The translations under genes were made by a program, and so were the position numbers. DNA of 54,011 bases, from contig JALGPX010000097.1 of assembly GCA_023515795.1 (NCBI GenBank), positions 1 through 54,011 on the forward strand. The letters are read 5' to 3'. Positions 23,701 to 33,764 of the stretch are shown here, piece by piece (position 1 is the stretch's first letter; each line of letters opens with the position of its first letter). This DNA comes from Amoeboaphelidium occidentale (Eukaryota). The notes beneath the pieces are model-generated. The model saw only the letters and a program-made list of their open reading frames with translations. It ran no database searches and was not told the origin of the DNA.

Positions 23701-24397
23701 ACTATCTAAGCACGCCGCATTAGAGTTTGATTCCAAAATGTTTCGACCTTCAAAAAAGATTGCTTCGGGAGGTGGAGGGGAGCTTTACATCTCTCAGGTT
23801 TTGAGTCCTTTACTAGCGAAAACATCTGGAAATGAGGTTATCCAGAAAATTGTTCATGTTAGGTCAAAGCAAGCAGAAGAAATTTTTCACAACGAGGTTG
23901 CAATCATGGTTATGCTGGGTGTATATCCATATTTTTGTAAGATATATGGCTACACTCTTCAACCTTTGTCGATGATTCTGAAGTTTTATACTGGCGGATC
24001 TCTCTCCGATTTTATAAAGAAAACATCTTTCACAGCTAGAGTTGATGTCAAGATATTAAGGGAGATAGCATCTGGGTTATCTGTAATGCATTCACATTAT
24101 CTTGCGCACTGTGATATGAAACCACAGAATGTTCTCGTGGAGATTATTGATAATGTTCCCTGTATAGCTATTACTGATTTCGGTATCACAAGGATTCTGT
24201 CTGATAAGATATTGGCTTCAAAAAAATTCAATGTGCTGAGTACTAAAGGTCTTAGTGTTCATTACGCGGCTCCTGAAGCATTTACAATTTTTAGGAGTAA
24301 AGTTTACGTGAAAGCAGATTTCAAAAAGTGCGACATTTATTCTTTTTCTTGTATTTTATATGAAATGTTGGGCAGAAGATTAACATGGAATCAATAG
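20763..24397 (+). CDS. WD40-ectodomain receptor-like kinase 1
   Basis: Signal peptide, many GH..WD/WN repeats, TM helix (VLLSVVYVVISILVGCVLLIYV), kinase GGGGELY / HCDMKPQN / DFG / APE. One 35-nt intron at 21340-21374. Confidence 0.9.
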
Positions 24398-24401
24398 ATC
24401 T

Positions 24402-25193
24402 CTAGCATGTTTTTGGCGTCTCCAAACCGCTCATTGTTGATCTAAATATTCCATGAATGCCATTCTCCTTCCAAACTTCACACGCTCTATAATTTTCTTT
24501 AGTTTCAACATTGAAAACTCTCTTGTTATCGCCCGATAATTGCTTGAATGCGTTACACTTGCCATGTCTGAAGCAATCCGAAGTCACAAAGACATCAAAC
24601 AAGACCTTTGATTCTGGTAGAACAAAGACAGACTGCAACCCAGTTTTAAAACCAGCGAAACGTGTATGACCAGACAGAAACTTCATGTATCTCAAGATCG
24701 TTTGTTCATCAATCTTGTAATCTAATTTAATTCTACGAATATCATGATGAAAGTTCCATAGAATCCCCGTGCAATTAAATTTTCTAGCTCTTCTGATTCT
24801 TGCCATGACAAACTTTCTCAATATTGCAGTATCATTGATTTTGATATAATTGGCAGAGATCTTGTCCTTGTAAGGAACACTCAGAGCCGAAGAGTCAAAT
24901 GCAGACTGATCCTTGTCCCATGCGTATATCAAAACAGCATGAAACCTGCAAAAGAGATTCTTGGCTTTAACAGGCCCAGCGATAGTCTCAGCAGACGCAA
25001 ACAGATAGTCAACGTGACGAGCATTTGTGATATTAACATTTTGACTATCAAATGTGATATCACACTTTGCAGTTTTGTTCCAATCCTTGGGAACAACAAC
25101 AAAATCACCATCATATGGAGCACATAGACCAACACCAGCCATAACTACGACAGCGACAAGATATATAACTCTAAAAGCACAAGGTTGCATCAT
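24402..25193 (-). CDS. Secreted GH114-like protein (paralog of the 3-1334 domain)
   Basis: Signal peptide. ARHVDYLF, RARKFNCTGILWN, GFKTGLQS and KRVFNVE align with the gene at 3-1334. Confidence 0.65.
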   Translation of the reverse strand: MMQPCAFRVIYLVAVVVMAGVGLCAPYDGDFVVVPKDWNKTAKCDITFDSQNVNITNARHVDYLFASAETIAGPVKAKNLFCRFHAVLIYAWDKDQSAFDSSALSVPYKDKISANYIKINDTAILRKFVMARIRRARKFNCTGILWNFHHDIRRIKLDYKIDEQTILRYMKFLSGHTRFAGFKTGLQSVFVLPESKVLFDVFVTSDCFRHGKCNAFKQLSGDNKRVFNVETKENYRACEVWKENGIHGIFRSTMSGLETPKTC

Positions 25194-25280
25194 TAATCTA
25201 AGATATTGTTACAGAGACGCTCAAACGCTGTGACACAGGGATGACTTGTGCAACCTGAAAACGACGTCGTAAATTTATTC

Positions 25281-25601
25281 CTAGAATCTGTCATCCTTAA
25301 AATCGTCCCACTTGAGCCTCCTTCTGGCCTCTTCCTTTGCCCATGCGCTCATTTCATCTTCAGGCTTGTAATAGTTTAGCACAAAGAACACTAAAGTCGT
25401 CCCACCAAAGAGATATTGCCAAATTATTTCCGGAAAAAGCTTCTTCCTTCTGTACCCTGGCGGTGCAGGCTAAACAGACAAAGTAATAAGACAAATACTT
25501 CAAAGCGAATGAATTACGGGTATATTGAAAAGGTGTCCAGTTGGTTCGTTGTAGCCTTTGTAATGGCCACCGGAAGCGAATCTCTTAAACACGCGGATCA
25601 T
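25281..25601 (-). CDS. NDUFB11: Mitochondrial complex I accessory subunit (ESSS/NDUFB11), absent from the ORF track
   Basis: Spliced reading with a 48-nt intron at 25470-25517: MIRVFKRFASGGHYKGYNEPTGHLFNIP|PAPPGYRRKKLFPEIIW...YYKPEDEMSAWAKEEARRRL. Matches the fungal ESSS pattern. Confidence 0.8.
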
Positions 25602-25687
25602 TCGAAGGAAACGAAGGACTGTGAAATAGAATCAGATTTTTAATTAAAGAATTACACAAAGATAGGACCATCCTCATGATTAACATG

Positions 25688-26345
25688 TCAGAACGTATCA
25701 ATATCAGCAGGAATGCCAAAGTTCTTCTCAAAAGCATCCTGATCCATCATGAACTTGTCTCTACAATAGGACTGCAGCGCAAAGATGTTTTCTGTCCACA
25801 AGTTGACGCTTTCCTTCAGAGTGGAAATCTGTTTCTTTTTTTCTTCGTACGCTTCCGGATCGTTAACTTCGTACTTTTTCAGTTCAGCTGAAACCTTTGC
25901 AACTTCGGATTCTAAGCGGGACAATTCCTTCAGCTTTTCGTCCCTTTCAGCGCTCTCAACTCTCAGCTCACTTTCCTTAGTAATTCTTTCTTCAACTTTT
26001 AAAAGTTCCTGTTCAACTTCTTCCAATTCATTCGTAAACTTTTCCAATTTGTTCTGTCTGGTGATTTTCAGTGTGGATGGGAATGACCAGAAGTAATTCG
26101 AAGTTCCGATTTTCTCCATTTGGATTTCACCATCAGCCACGAGCATCTCCAGAACTTCCTTGACACTCTGCACGACGATGCCCTTTTGCTTCGGTGCAAT
26201 TTTCTACATACCGAAATCGCAGTTAGCCTCGCCCTGAGGAATGTACCTCGAGTTCCTTAAGAGTGTAAAAGTCCTGAGACTCATGGAATATTTCCAACAT
26301 CTTCTTTGACTTTTCCTCAAATGATAATCCCTTCTTTTTTGTCAT
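25688..26345 (-). CDS. MND1: Meiotic recombination protein Mnd1
   Basis: MTKKKGLSFEEK...FYTLKELE|KIAPKQKGIV.QSVKEVL...EKIGTSNYFWSFPS...WTENIF. 43-nt intron at 26204-26246. Confidence 0.95.
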
Positions 26346-26428
26346 GTTTCGGAAACAGAAAAGAGTTGAAACAAAGCAAGCTGCGCGATCGCTTCAACGA
26401 GGTGTTCTGCTGTGAAGGCGTTTATTTT

Positions 26429-26896
26429 CTATTCAGGCTGTTGTTCCAGTTGCGCTTTCAAAGATTTGATCTCCATGTACGCTTGTGATAGTTCCGACAA
26501 GGCTTTCATGCATACCTTTTTACCCTTCTGAACTTCTTGTCTCAACTGAGATATTTCGTCTGATGTACTGGTTTGACTCATAATGATGTTGTATAAGTGA
26601 CCCCGTAATGTTCTTATGACAGTATCCTTCTTGATCAGCTGTGCTTTCAGTTGATACTTCTCTTTGATAAAATCTTCCATATCAGTACTTCGACGCTCGA
26701 TCATTTCTAGTCTTCTTTCAATGTCTGTTAGGGTACTATTAGCTTTGATATCACTATGTTGCTCAAGCTCATTCTGTAAGTGTTCCAACTTCTTCCGAAC
26801 TTGATCAGATTGTTCCTTGATCTTTTGTGTGCTCCACTTTGTGGTATAATCAATAACGGAGTTGGTATCACTTGTTTCAGAAGATGTATCATCCAT
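26429..26896 (-). CDS. Coiled-coil hypothetical protein
   Basis: 155-aa ATG-initiated ORF with heptad-like E/Q/K/L composition. Confidence 0.6.
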   Translation of the reverse strand: MDDTSSETSDTNSVIDYTTKWSTQKIKEQSDQVRKKLEHLQNELEQHSDIKANSTLTDIERRLEMIERRSTDMEDFIKEKYQLKAQLIKKDTVIRTLRGHLYNIIMSQTSTSDEISQLRQEVQKGKKVCMKALSELSQAYMEIKSLKAQLEQQPE

Positions 26897-26914
26897 TTTA
26901 AGAGAGAAAAAAGT

Positions 26915-27442
26915 TTATTGTATTCTTGTTATACTTGCAAACTGTATTGATGGATTAGAAACAAGACTGTAATCGTCTACAATAGTGAGCTTGATCGCAG
27001 TATAGTAATTTACACCTTCAAGTCTGAGCATTCTTAGAAAAGTGCCTCTTTTTGATTTCAGTAGAATACCATTAAAGTTTTTGTCTATAATCAATTCCAA
27101 AGCATTGGTACAATCAGCTGATAGAGCCAAAGTGTATGCATTGTTCCGAAGGACTTGAGGAAATCCTTCTGGTAATGTATTTAGAACCAAACATACTTTC
27201 TCTCCTGATAGTAATTCTAATGTCGTAACAGGTTCATAAAACTGCGTCGTGAATACCAAAGTGAATTTATCGTTTACACAATCAGAGGTATGTGAAACAA
27301 GTGACATATTAGACATTGACGTAAACTTGAATGCAGCACAAGACGTCGCATTATTATAATCGTTTATAGTAAACAGGGCTAGAGGTTCATCAACTTGCGC
27401 TTTGAGCAAATTTATGAAGAGTATCAGCAGAATCAATATCAT
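26915..27442 (-). CDS. Secreted hypothetical protein
   Basis: Hydrophobic signal-like MILILLILFINLLKA, then a beta-rich domain with four cysteines. Confidence 0.55.
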   Translation of the reverse strand: MILILLILFINLLKAQVDEPLALFTINDYNNATSCAAFKFTSMSNMSLVSHTSDCVNDKFTLVFTTQFYEPVTTLELLSGEKVCLVLNTLPEGFPQVLRNNAYTLALSADCTNALELIIDKNFNGILLKSKRGTFLRMLRLEGVNYYTAIKLTIVDDYSLVSNPSIQFASITRIQ

Positions 27443-27521
27443 CCCAATAACAAGATTCAACACAGAGATGGCCAATCGAGACACAGAATTGTAACATTGA
27501 ATAGGAATTCTTGTTATACAA

Positions 27522-28187
27522 ATGTTAAGAATAGCTTCTGCAGCAATTCTGTTATTGTTTCAACTTATAAACTGTCAACAGATCATCATAAAGACGCCTT
27601 ATGATGCCAAGACTGCACTGGCAGACGCTGCTGAACTAAGACCAGGTATCGCACCAGCAAACTTTTATCAATGGAGCGAAGACCCACTAGACCCAGAGAA
27701 TCACTTTCACGATCTGGATAATTCCCATCAAACTGTGATCAGTACATTGTTCAAAGATGGCATGATAAGTTTGAAGTTGCTGAATTTTTGGTATGTGAAC
27801 AAAGTAATAGGAGAGAATGTATTTGTAAATGCTACACAGGGTATCCAAGGAAATGTACATTTTGCGTGTCAGAAAATGGGTTCTTACTGCGCTGAAACCA
27901 TCAAAGAAGTGTTATCATCACGAAATGGAACTGCATTAGTATCTAACGACGTCTTGGAGGATCATTTGGGCGCATACACTAAACTGTTTGTAGAGATTAA
28001 GGTTTATTCTGATAAGATTATGAATGATGTTCAAGTCGAGCAGCATGAACAACTTATTGACATGATCGATTTGTATAGTCACAATATCTTGAACGAAGCA
28101 TACAGAAGAGGAATTCCGCTTGCAACATTGACTGCCTGGTTAGATGAGCAGAATGCTGCTGCAAATGCTACAGCTCCAAACTCTTAG
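27522..28187 (+). CDS. Secreted hypothetical protein
   Basis: Signal peptide MLRIASAAILLLFQLINC in a 221-aa ORF. Confidence 0.65.
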   Translation: MLRIASAAILLLFQLINCQQIIIKTPYDAKTALADAAELRPGIAPANFYQWSEDPLDPENHFHDLDNSHQTVISTLFKDGMISLKLLNFWYVNKVIGENVFVNATQGIQGNVHFACQKMGSYCAETIKEVLSSRNGTALVSNDVLEDHLGAYTKLFVEIKVYSDKIMNDVQVEQHEQLIDMIDLYSHNILNEAYRRGIPLATLTAWLDEQNAAANATAPNS

Positions 28188-28338
28188 ATACCTTCGAGGA
28201 GCATTGTTCTTGAATGGAAACTGTCGTGATGTATGATTCGATCCCTTGTTGCTAATCCAACGATCATGTTGCCTTTAGAAAAAGAATATAAACAATGCTC
28301 TCCAAACTTCTCATTTAATTCCAGAAAAGTATCCTAGA

Positions 28339-28668
28339 ATGAGCTTTAACTCAAGTACGCCTGCACAAATCCACCTATCTCGCACAGAAGAGAAGCTTGT
28401 CAAAGCAGAACAGTCACTAGAGAGAAAGATCAAGAGGTTATTCATGCCAAAAACAAGAACAGATAATATCACATTGATGGAGAACTATGATGATTATGAC
28501 CCAACAGCTGAAAATCTACGTGTTAAAGTTACGAAACCAAAGTCAGGAAAGATGTCTAAGTTTGTTTCATCAGATTCGCTTTCAAGCACGTCTTCATCAT
28601 CCTCTAATGAGGAACATACCAAAAGGATTAATCCTGTCGCTAGTTTCCTTGCTGGCAGAAAAGTCTAA
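28339..28668 (+). CDS. Small Ser-rich hypothetical protein
   Basis: 109-aa ATG ORF followed by AATAAA at 28681. Confidence 0.5.
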   Translation: MSFNSSTPAQIHLSRTEEKLVKAEQSLERKIKRLFMPKTRTDNITLMENYDDYDPTAENLRVKVTKPKSGKMSKFVSSDSLSSTSSSSSNEEHTKRINPVASFLAGRKV

Positions 28669-28771
28669 CATACTATTCTTAATAAAACAATTTGCATATT
28701 ATGAATCGTGATTAGGACGTTTGTTTCATCTAGCAGGATTCAGCAGAATTTCTTATTTAGAATCACTTGAT

Positions 28772-29332
28772 ATGCGACTTTACGCTCTAATTGCACTGAT
28801 ATCATGTACATATTGTTATTTTGGAAACAGAGTGGCGTTTGTAACAGACAGCGATCTTTCAACTTGTGCTGCAAGAAGACCTATGCCGTATCCAGGATCT
28901 GGTTCTGTGTATCCATTGGGTTTTGACGATCCAGACGCATGTTCTTCAAAACAAGCTGATACAGGATTCTTTCATGAGCTTCGCGATAAGCCTGCGCTAG
29001 CTTTCAATTATCGTTACAACTCAGATTCTTTCATATGGCAGTTCACATGTCTTGTTCAGATTGATATTGGAAATCCAAGTACCAGCATTGTTGGTGCTAC
29101 AGATAACTGCGACGTACGCGATCCTAAAGTTTTAAAGTTTTCTCTGAACAATGAGAATGGTCTTGTTACAGCAACTGGAGCTGGAGGTAAACAATACAGA
29201 ATAATGAAAGACAAAAGCTCAAAGTTAATGATTGCAAAACTCATAAGTCAAGACGTATCTGATGCTGCAATATTGGCGAATGATCAACTAGAAAAGGTTA
29301 TATTCATTAATCACACACCGATAGAAGCGTAA
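28772..29332 (+). CDS. Secreted hypothetical protein
   Basis: Signal peptide MRLYALIALISCTYC and four mature cysteines. Loosely similar layout to the 26915-27442 protein. Confidence 0.6.
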   Translation: MRLYALIALISCTYCYFGNRVAFVTDSDLSTCAARRPMPYPGSGSVYPLGFDDPDACSSKQADTGFFHELRDKPALAFNYRYNSDSFIWQFTCLVQIDIGNPSTSIVGATDNCDVRDPKVLKFSLNNENGLVTATGAGGKQYRIMKDKSSKLMIAKLISQDVSDAAILANDQLEKVIFINHTPIEA

Positions 29333-29335
29333 ATC

Positions 29336-30004
29336 TTAATAGTGACCACTCTGCATGAATTCTTCAACTGAAATAAAGCCATCATTGTCAATATCGTCTT
29401 CTTTTAGAACGTGGTCAACCATGTCTTCCATCGCAATCAATAATTTTCGTCTGGAATGGTGACCAACGTTTTGTCTCACTTGTTCGTCTTCAGGCGTAAA
29501 CTCTTCGTTCCAATGCGAAAATGCGTGTAACAGTTCACTGCCGTCAAGATAACCGTTATTATCTTCATCGTGTAAAGAGAACCAGTAGTACAGCATATCA
29601 AGATCTTCATCTTCTGAGCTGAAGTCAACAATATCATTCTTGATGGACTCAATCTTTTGAGCAATTAATGGATCATCATGAACTACATCAGCTTCTTTCA
29701 ATTCTTGTTCTATATCCTTCTTGATCATGTTTACTACTTCTTTTTCTGGCACGACACCATGTTTAAGTTCTTGCAGGTGCATTTCAACTGGATCTGCAAC
29801 ACCGTCCATTGTAGGATCTTGATCTTGCACTACTTTTCTCATAAAGTCTTCAGCATGTAGAAGATAATGACTTGCTAGGCCCACACTGCCTGGTGGCCTG
29901 TTTAATCGATGAGGATAACCTGATCCGTGAGCGTAAGGCCTAGACTGAATTGCAAAAGTTAGAGCTGTAATGATAAGAGCAAAATTGAGTGCAAATGAAG
30001 ACAT
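29336..30004 (-). CDS. MCFD2-like secreted EF-hand protein
   Basis: Signal peptide, YYWFSLHDEDNNGYLDGSEL and VL.EDDIDNDGFISVEEF EF-hands. Confidence 0.8.
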   Translation of the reverse strand: MSSFALNFALIITALTFAIQSRPYAHGSGYPHRLNRPPGSVGLASHYLLHAEDFMRKVVQDQDPTMDGVADPVEMHLQELKHGVVPEKEVVNMIKKDIEQELKEADVVHDDPLIAQKIESIKNDIVDFSSEDEDLDMLYYWFSLHDEDNNGYLDGSELLHAFSHWNEEFTPEDEQVRQNVGHHSRRKLLIAMEDMVDHVLKEDDIDNDGFISVEEFMQSGHY

Positions 30005-30324
30005 TGATATTATTGAAATTAAAAAAGATATTGTTCATGTTGTTGTTTAAAAGCACGGCCAGCATGAAACAACGCGAGCGTGGCACACTGATCAAACGCA
30101 AGCTGAGGATAAACAAAAAATGGAGTAAGAATCGGGATAATGTTATGTCTTTATCAGCAGGAATGCATGAATGCTCTGCAAGGCTCATGTCGATAGCTCC
30201 TTCTTATCTGATATTTACGGAATCATCAGAGAATCGGTTGTGTTGGTTGTGATCAAGCATCAGAGATTCTAAAACAACAACACAGATGCGCTTGTTTTTA
30301 GCTTGAGGCGCCTGTTTCAACGAA

Positions 30325-31470
30325 ATGTCAGACAGTGAATCCTCCTCAGCTGATGATACTGAGGTAGACTGGTCTTTTATGCCATGGGTACAAGTTCCTG
30401 TTGATCAAGATATGATACAGAACCAGAACATGGTTAAAACAAGACCTTCAACTCATACGAGCGAAGATAGAGCAACTAAAAGAGCTTCTCCTACTTCGTT
30501 TTGTTCTACTCCCACACCGTTTAGTCCTTCCGGAGCATTATCACTTAAGAACAAGACAGATTTTGAAAACTCTAGTGGAGTCAAGATCATTATTCCAAGC
30601 AAGGCTGTTCTAAAAGATACTGATGATAACACTGAACAGATCGAATTGAAGGAGTTAAAGAACAAATTTATAGGCTTTCAAACCAAATGGTCAAGTTTTG
30701 ATGGCGGCACTCTGTTATGGGATGTTATCCGTTTGTGGACATCTGATCGTCCTGATGGTTACATGAATTGTTCAAGCGCTAGATTATGGAGATTCTTGAT
30801 ATCACAGCTTGGGTTGTTTTTGTTTGTTGGTTTGTCTTTGTATTTGGTGTCTACTGAGATGAACTTGAGACTGCTATTTGCTGGTTTGTTACAATCCACT
30901 GATGATACTATTAGAGGAGTTATGCTGATCGTTGTTCCTGTGATTTTTATACTTGCGTGGTATGTTTTTGCGTTGATGCAGGAAGCGAGATGGGTCTTGA
31001 TGATTCGATTTAATTATGTTCTGGCTGTTCAGTTTGCGTTGTTTTGCGTATGTTTCTCTGCATTGATGGCAAAGTATTATCAATGTGAAAATCCAATATT
31101 CTGTTCAATGTTCTCTTTATCTCTTGCTATATGTCAGACTGTGTTTCATTTTGTTTCTGTTTATACTTCCATGTCAGAGATTCAGATGATATTGTTTTGG
31201 ATGATTTATTTAGTTTATGCGATATTTTTGGCTCTGTTATCAATTGCTTCCTATTCTTCTTTGATCATGACATCCCTTGCTACTTTTGCAGTGTTCTATT
31301 TTTATCACAGTGCAGTAATTGCATTTCATTGTTATGCTAAACTTGGATGGCTTGGGTATGATTGGACAAATCCTTTCATTATTCCTTATGCTGCTGTTTG
31401 GTATATGGATGGTCTAGACCCAAAGAGGTTCTACAAGAAGACTAGTCTGATGAATGATCAAAATGTCTAG
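30325..31470 (+). CDS. Multi-pass membrane protein of unknown function
   Basis: Hydrophilic N-terminus followed by about 6-7 hydrophobic helices. Confidence 0.7.
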   Translation: MSDSESSSADDTEVDWSFMPWVQVPVDQDMIQNQNMVKTRPSTHTSEDRATKRASPTSFCSTPTPFSPSGALSLKNKTDFENSSGVKIIIPSKAVLKDTDDNTEQIELKELKNKFIGFQTKWSSFDGGTLLWDVIRLWTSDRPDGYMNCSSARLWRFLISQLGLFLFVGLSLYLVSTEMNLRLLFAGLLQSTDDTIRGVMLIVVPVIFILAWYVFALMQEARWVLMIRFNYVLAVQFALFCVCFSALMAKYYQCENPIFCSMFSLSLAICQTVFHFVSVYTSMSEIQMILFWMIYLVYAIFLALLSIASYSSLIMTSLATFAVFYFYHSAVIAFHCYAKLGWLGYDWTNPFIIPYAAVWYMDGLDPKRFYKKTSLMNDQNV

Positions 31471-31583
31471 ATAATCGAGTATCTAGTGAAATTAATTAAC
31501 TAAATGACAATTTTTGAATTCGAAACAGTTTCGCTTGACTGTTTGCTCCTCAAGCTTTTTTCAAAGCGACGACATCGAATAAA

Positions 31584-32625
31584 ATGAAAATTACAGTTAA
31601 AACTTTAACACAGGCGGTTATCCCGCTTACCGTTGAACCTTCAGAAAAAGTACGTTCCATAGCGCAGCAGCAAAACTTAATTTGAAGATTTCCAGCGTTA
31701 AGCAAAAGATTGCAGCACAAACCAAAGGAGAAACAGACAAAATGAAGCTGATTTGCAAAGGAAAAGTTTTAACAGATGAACAGACCATTGAAGACTTTGG
31801 AATCGTTGAAGGGGACTTTTTGGTTTTGATGGTTGTGAAGGCAAAAGCCGGTGGATCATCTTCAGCCGCTGCACCTGCGCCGACTTCAACTGTAGCGCCT
31901 AAAGCAGAGGAAAAACCAAAAGCTGCTCCAGCCCCACAAGCAGCACCTGCTCCATCATCAACATCCTCGTCTACCGGAGCTCCAGCAGAGTCACTTTTAA
32001 AGGGAAAAGAATTGGAAGATTCTGTGCAATCGCTAGTTGAAATGGGATACTCCAAAGAAGAAGTTCTGTCTGCTATGCGCAAAGCTTACAATAATCCTCA
32101 CAGGGCATTTGAGTATTTGGCGTCTGGTATGGCTGGTGGTGTTGAAGAAACAGCTGAAACGCAAGGAATTTTTCCAAGCGAGGTACCTTTAGGCGAGGAA
32201 GATCATGCAGAAATTGCTGGCATGGAAGGTCTTCCAAACTTGGACGAAATAAGACAATTAGTTCAACAACAACCACAATTACTCGAACCACTGCTGCAAC
32301 AATTGGCACAAACAAATCCTGATATTGTTAGAGCTATCCAACAAAATCCAGAAGCATTCTTGCAATACCTCAGTGGTGCAGCAGGAGCAGGAGGTCCAGG
32401 TCCTGAAGGCGCAGGTCAAGGTAAAAGTTTCGCGCTGTGAGTTTGAACTTTTCTTATTTATTAGTTACTGTGACTTTGACACCAGAAGATGTTGAGGCTG
32501 TTGAAAGGCTATGTGCATTAGGATTTGACAGGAACATGGCCATTGAAGCGTACATTGCATGTGATAAGAATGAGATGATGGCTGCTAATTACTTGTTTGA
32601 GAGCAACGATGATGATTACAATTAA
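31584..32625 (+). CDS. RAD23: UV excision repair and proteasome shuttle protein Rad23
   Basis: UBL (MKITVKTL...KLICKGKVL), UBA, XPC-binding (LLEPLLQQLAQTNP) and second UBA (AYIACDKNE..AANYLF). Introns at 31650-31687 and 32421-32464. Confidence 0.95.
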
Positions 32626-32708
32626 CTATAAAAGAAACCTCATTCAGTTTCATTTCGATTTTTCCATCGTGTGGTGAATTTCCATGTGAAACAAATTTCC
32701 ACAGCGAA

Positions 32709-33672
32709 ATGATCGACGTTGCTTTGAAATCAGCTTGGACTGCATACACTGATGGAGTTGAGGTTTTGCACAACTCCGTATCATCATCTGGTGGTCCTAA
32801 TGAATGGCCTGAAACTATTTCGGCCGTCTTCATTTTCGTAGTCTTCAGCTATTTGGCTCAATTTGCATATGCCGCAAGTTTCTTCCCGTAAGAACTTTGA
32901 TTGATCAGCTTTCTAACTTTTAAGGTTAATTTCCTCTATCTGGGAGACCGGAGAATACAGAGGCGTTTCTGTGTGGTTCGTGTTGGTTGGAATTTTGCGC
33001 GCTTTGAGCGTTTATGTGTTCTTTGATGATTACAAACTTTGGGAGATTCTTCTTGATTGTGTCCCAGTTGCTGTTCTGGTAGTTGTGCTCGTAATTGCGT
33101 GGTTCAAAGGACTTTTCAAGAGAAAGTTGGATGCGCAAAGTGAAATGGTCTCTGAAAAGCGTGGAATTGTTTTGGAGGAACTTTCAAACTGGAAATCTGC
33201 CGGTTTAAAGTTTTTGGCTCTCGTTTTGTCTACAGTTGTGACTTTGCGTGATAACTCTGAGAATTGGAAGGCTTTGTTCTTGTTCTTGGGTCCGCTATTG
33301 AGACCTGTTCAGTATTACGTTCAGTGTGATCATTTACAAAAGAGAAAGTCTGTCAAGGGATTTCCTTTTAAAACAGCCTTCTTGTTGTTCCTAGATGGCG
33401 TTTTTGAGTGTGTTGGATATATCGCGTTGTGGTCTCGCCCTGACCAAATTGAAGCATTTTTGAAATGGAACTTATTGTTGAACCATTTGCCTTCCATTAT
33501 CATATGCTGCATGATAGTAAGTTCCCTTACAGAGGTTTCTAACGATTTAGATGGGTTGTTTCTTTTCATTCAGAGAGCCAAAAGCACCCAAAGAGAACGA
33601 ACAAGAGCAGGCTTAATTTGTAGTTATGACATAAGTAACGGAATAAATCAGAAATTTTGGGGTATCACTTAA
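32709..33672 (+). CDS. Multi-pass membrane protein, possibly a degenerate PQ-loop family member
   Basis: Intron near 32888-32924. Two segments resemble PQ-loop repeats (FFP.ISSIWETGEYRGVSVWF; YYVQ..HLQKRKSVKGFPF). Confidence 0.45.
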
Positions 33673-33764
33673 TGACAGGGTTTGTAATCTGCGCGAGGAC
33701 AGATTGCTGCCAAGTTTGCTAGCGATCTGTTAGTTTTCTCTTGTTTCAACTCTAACTACTCATC

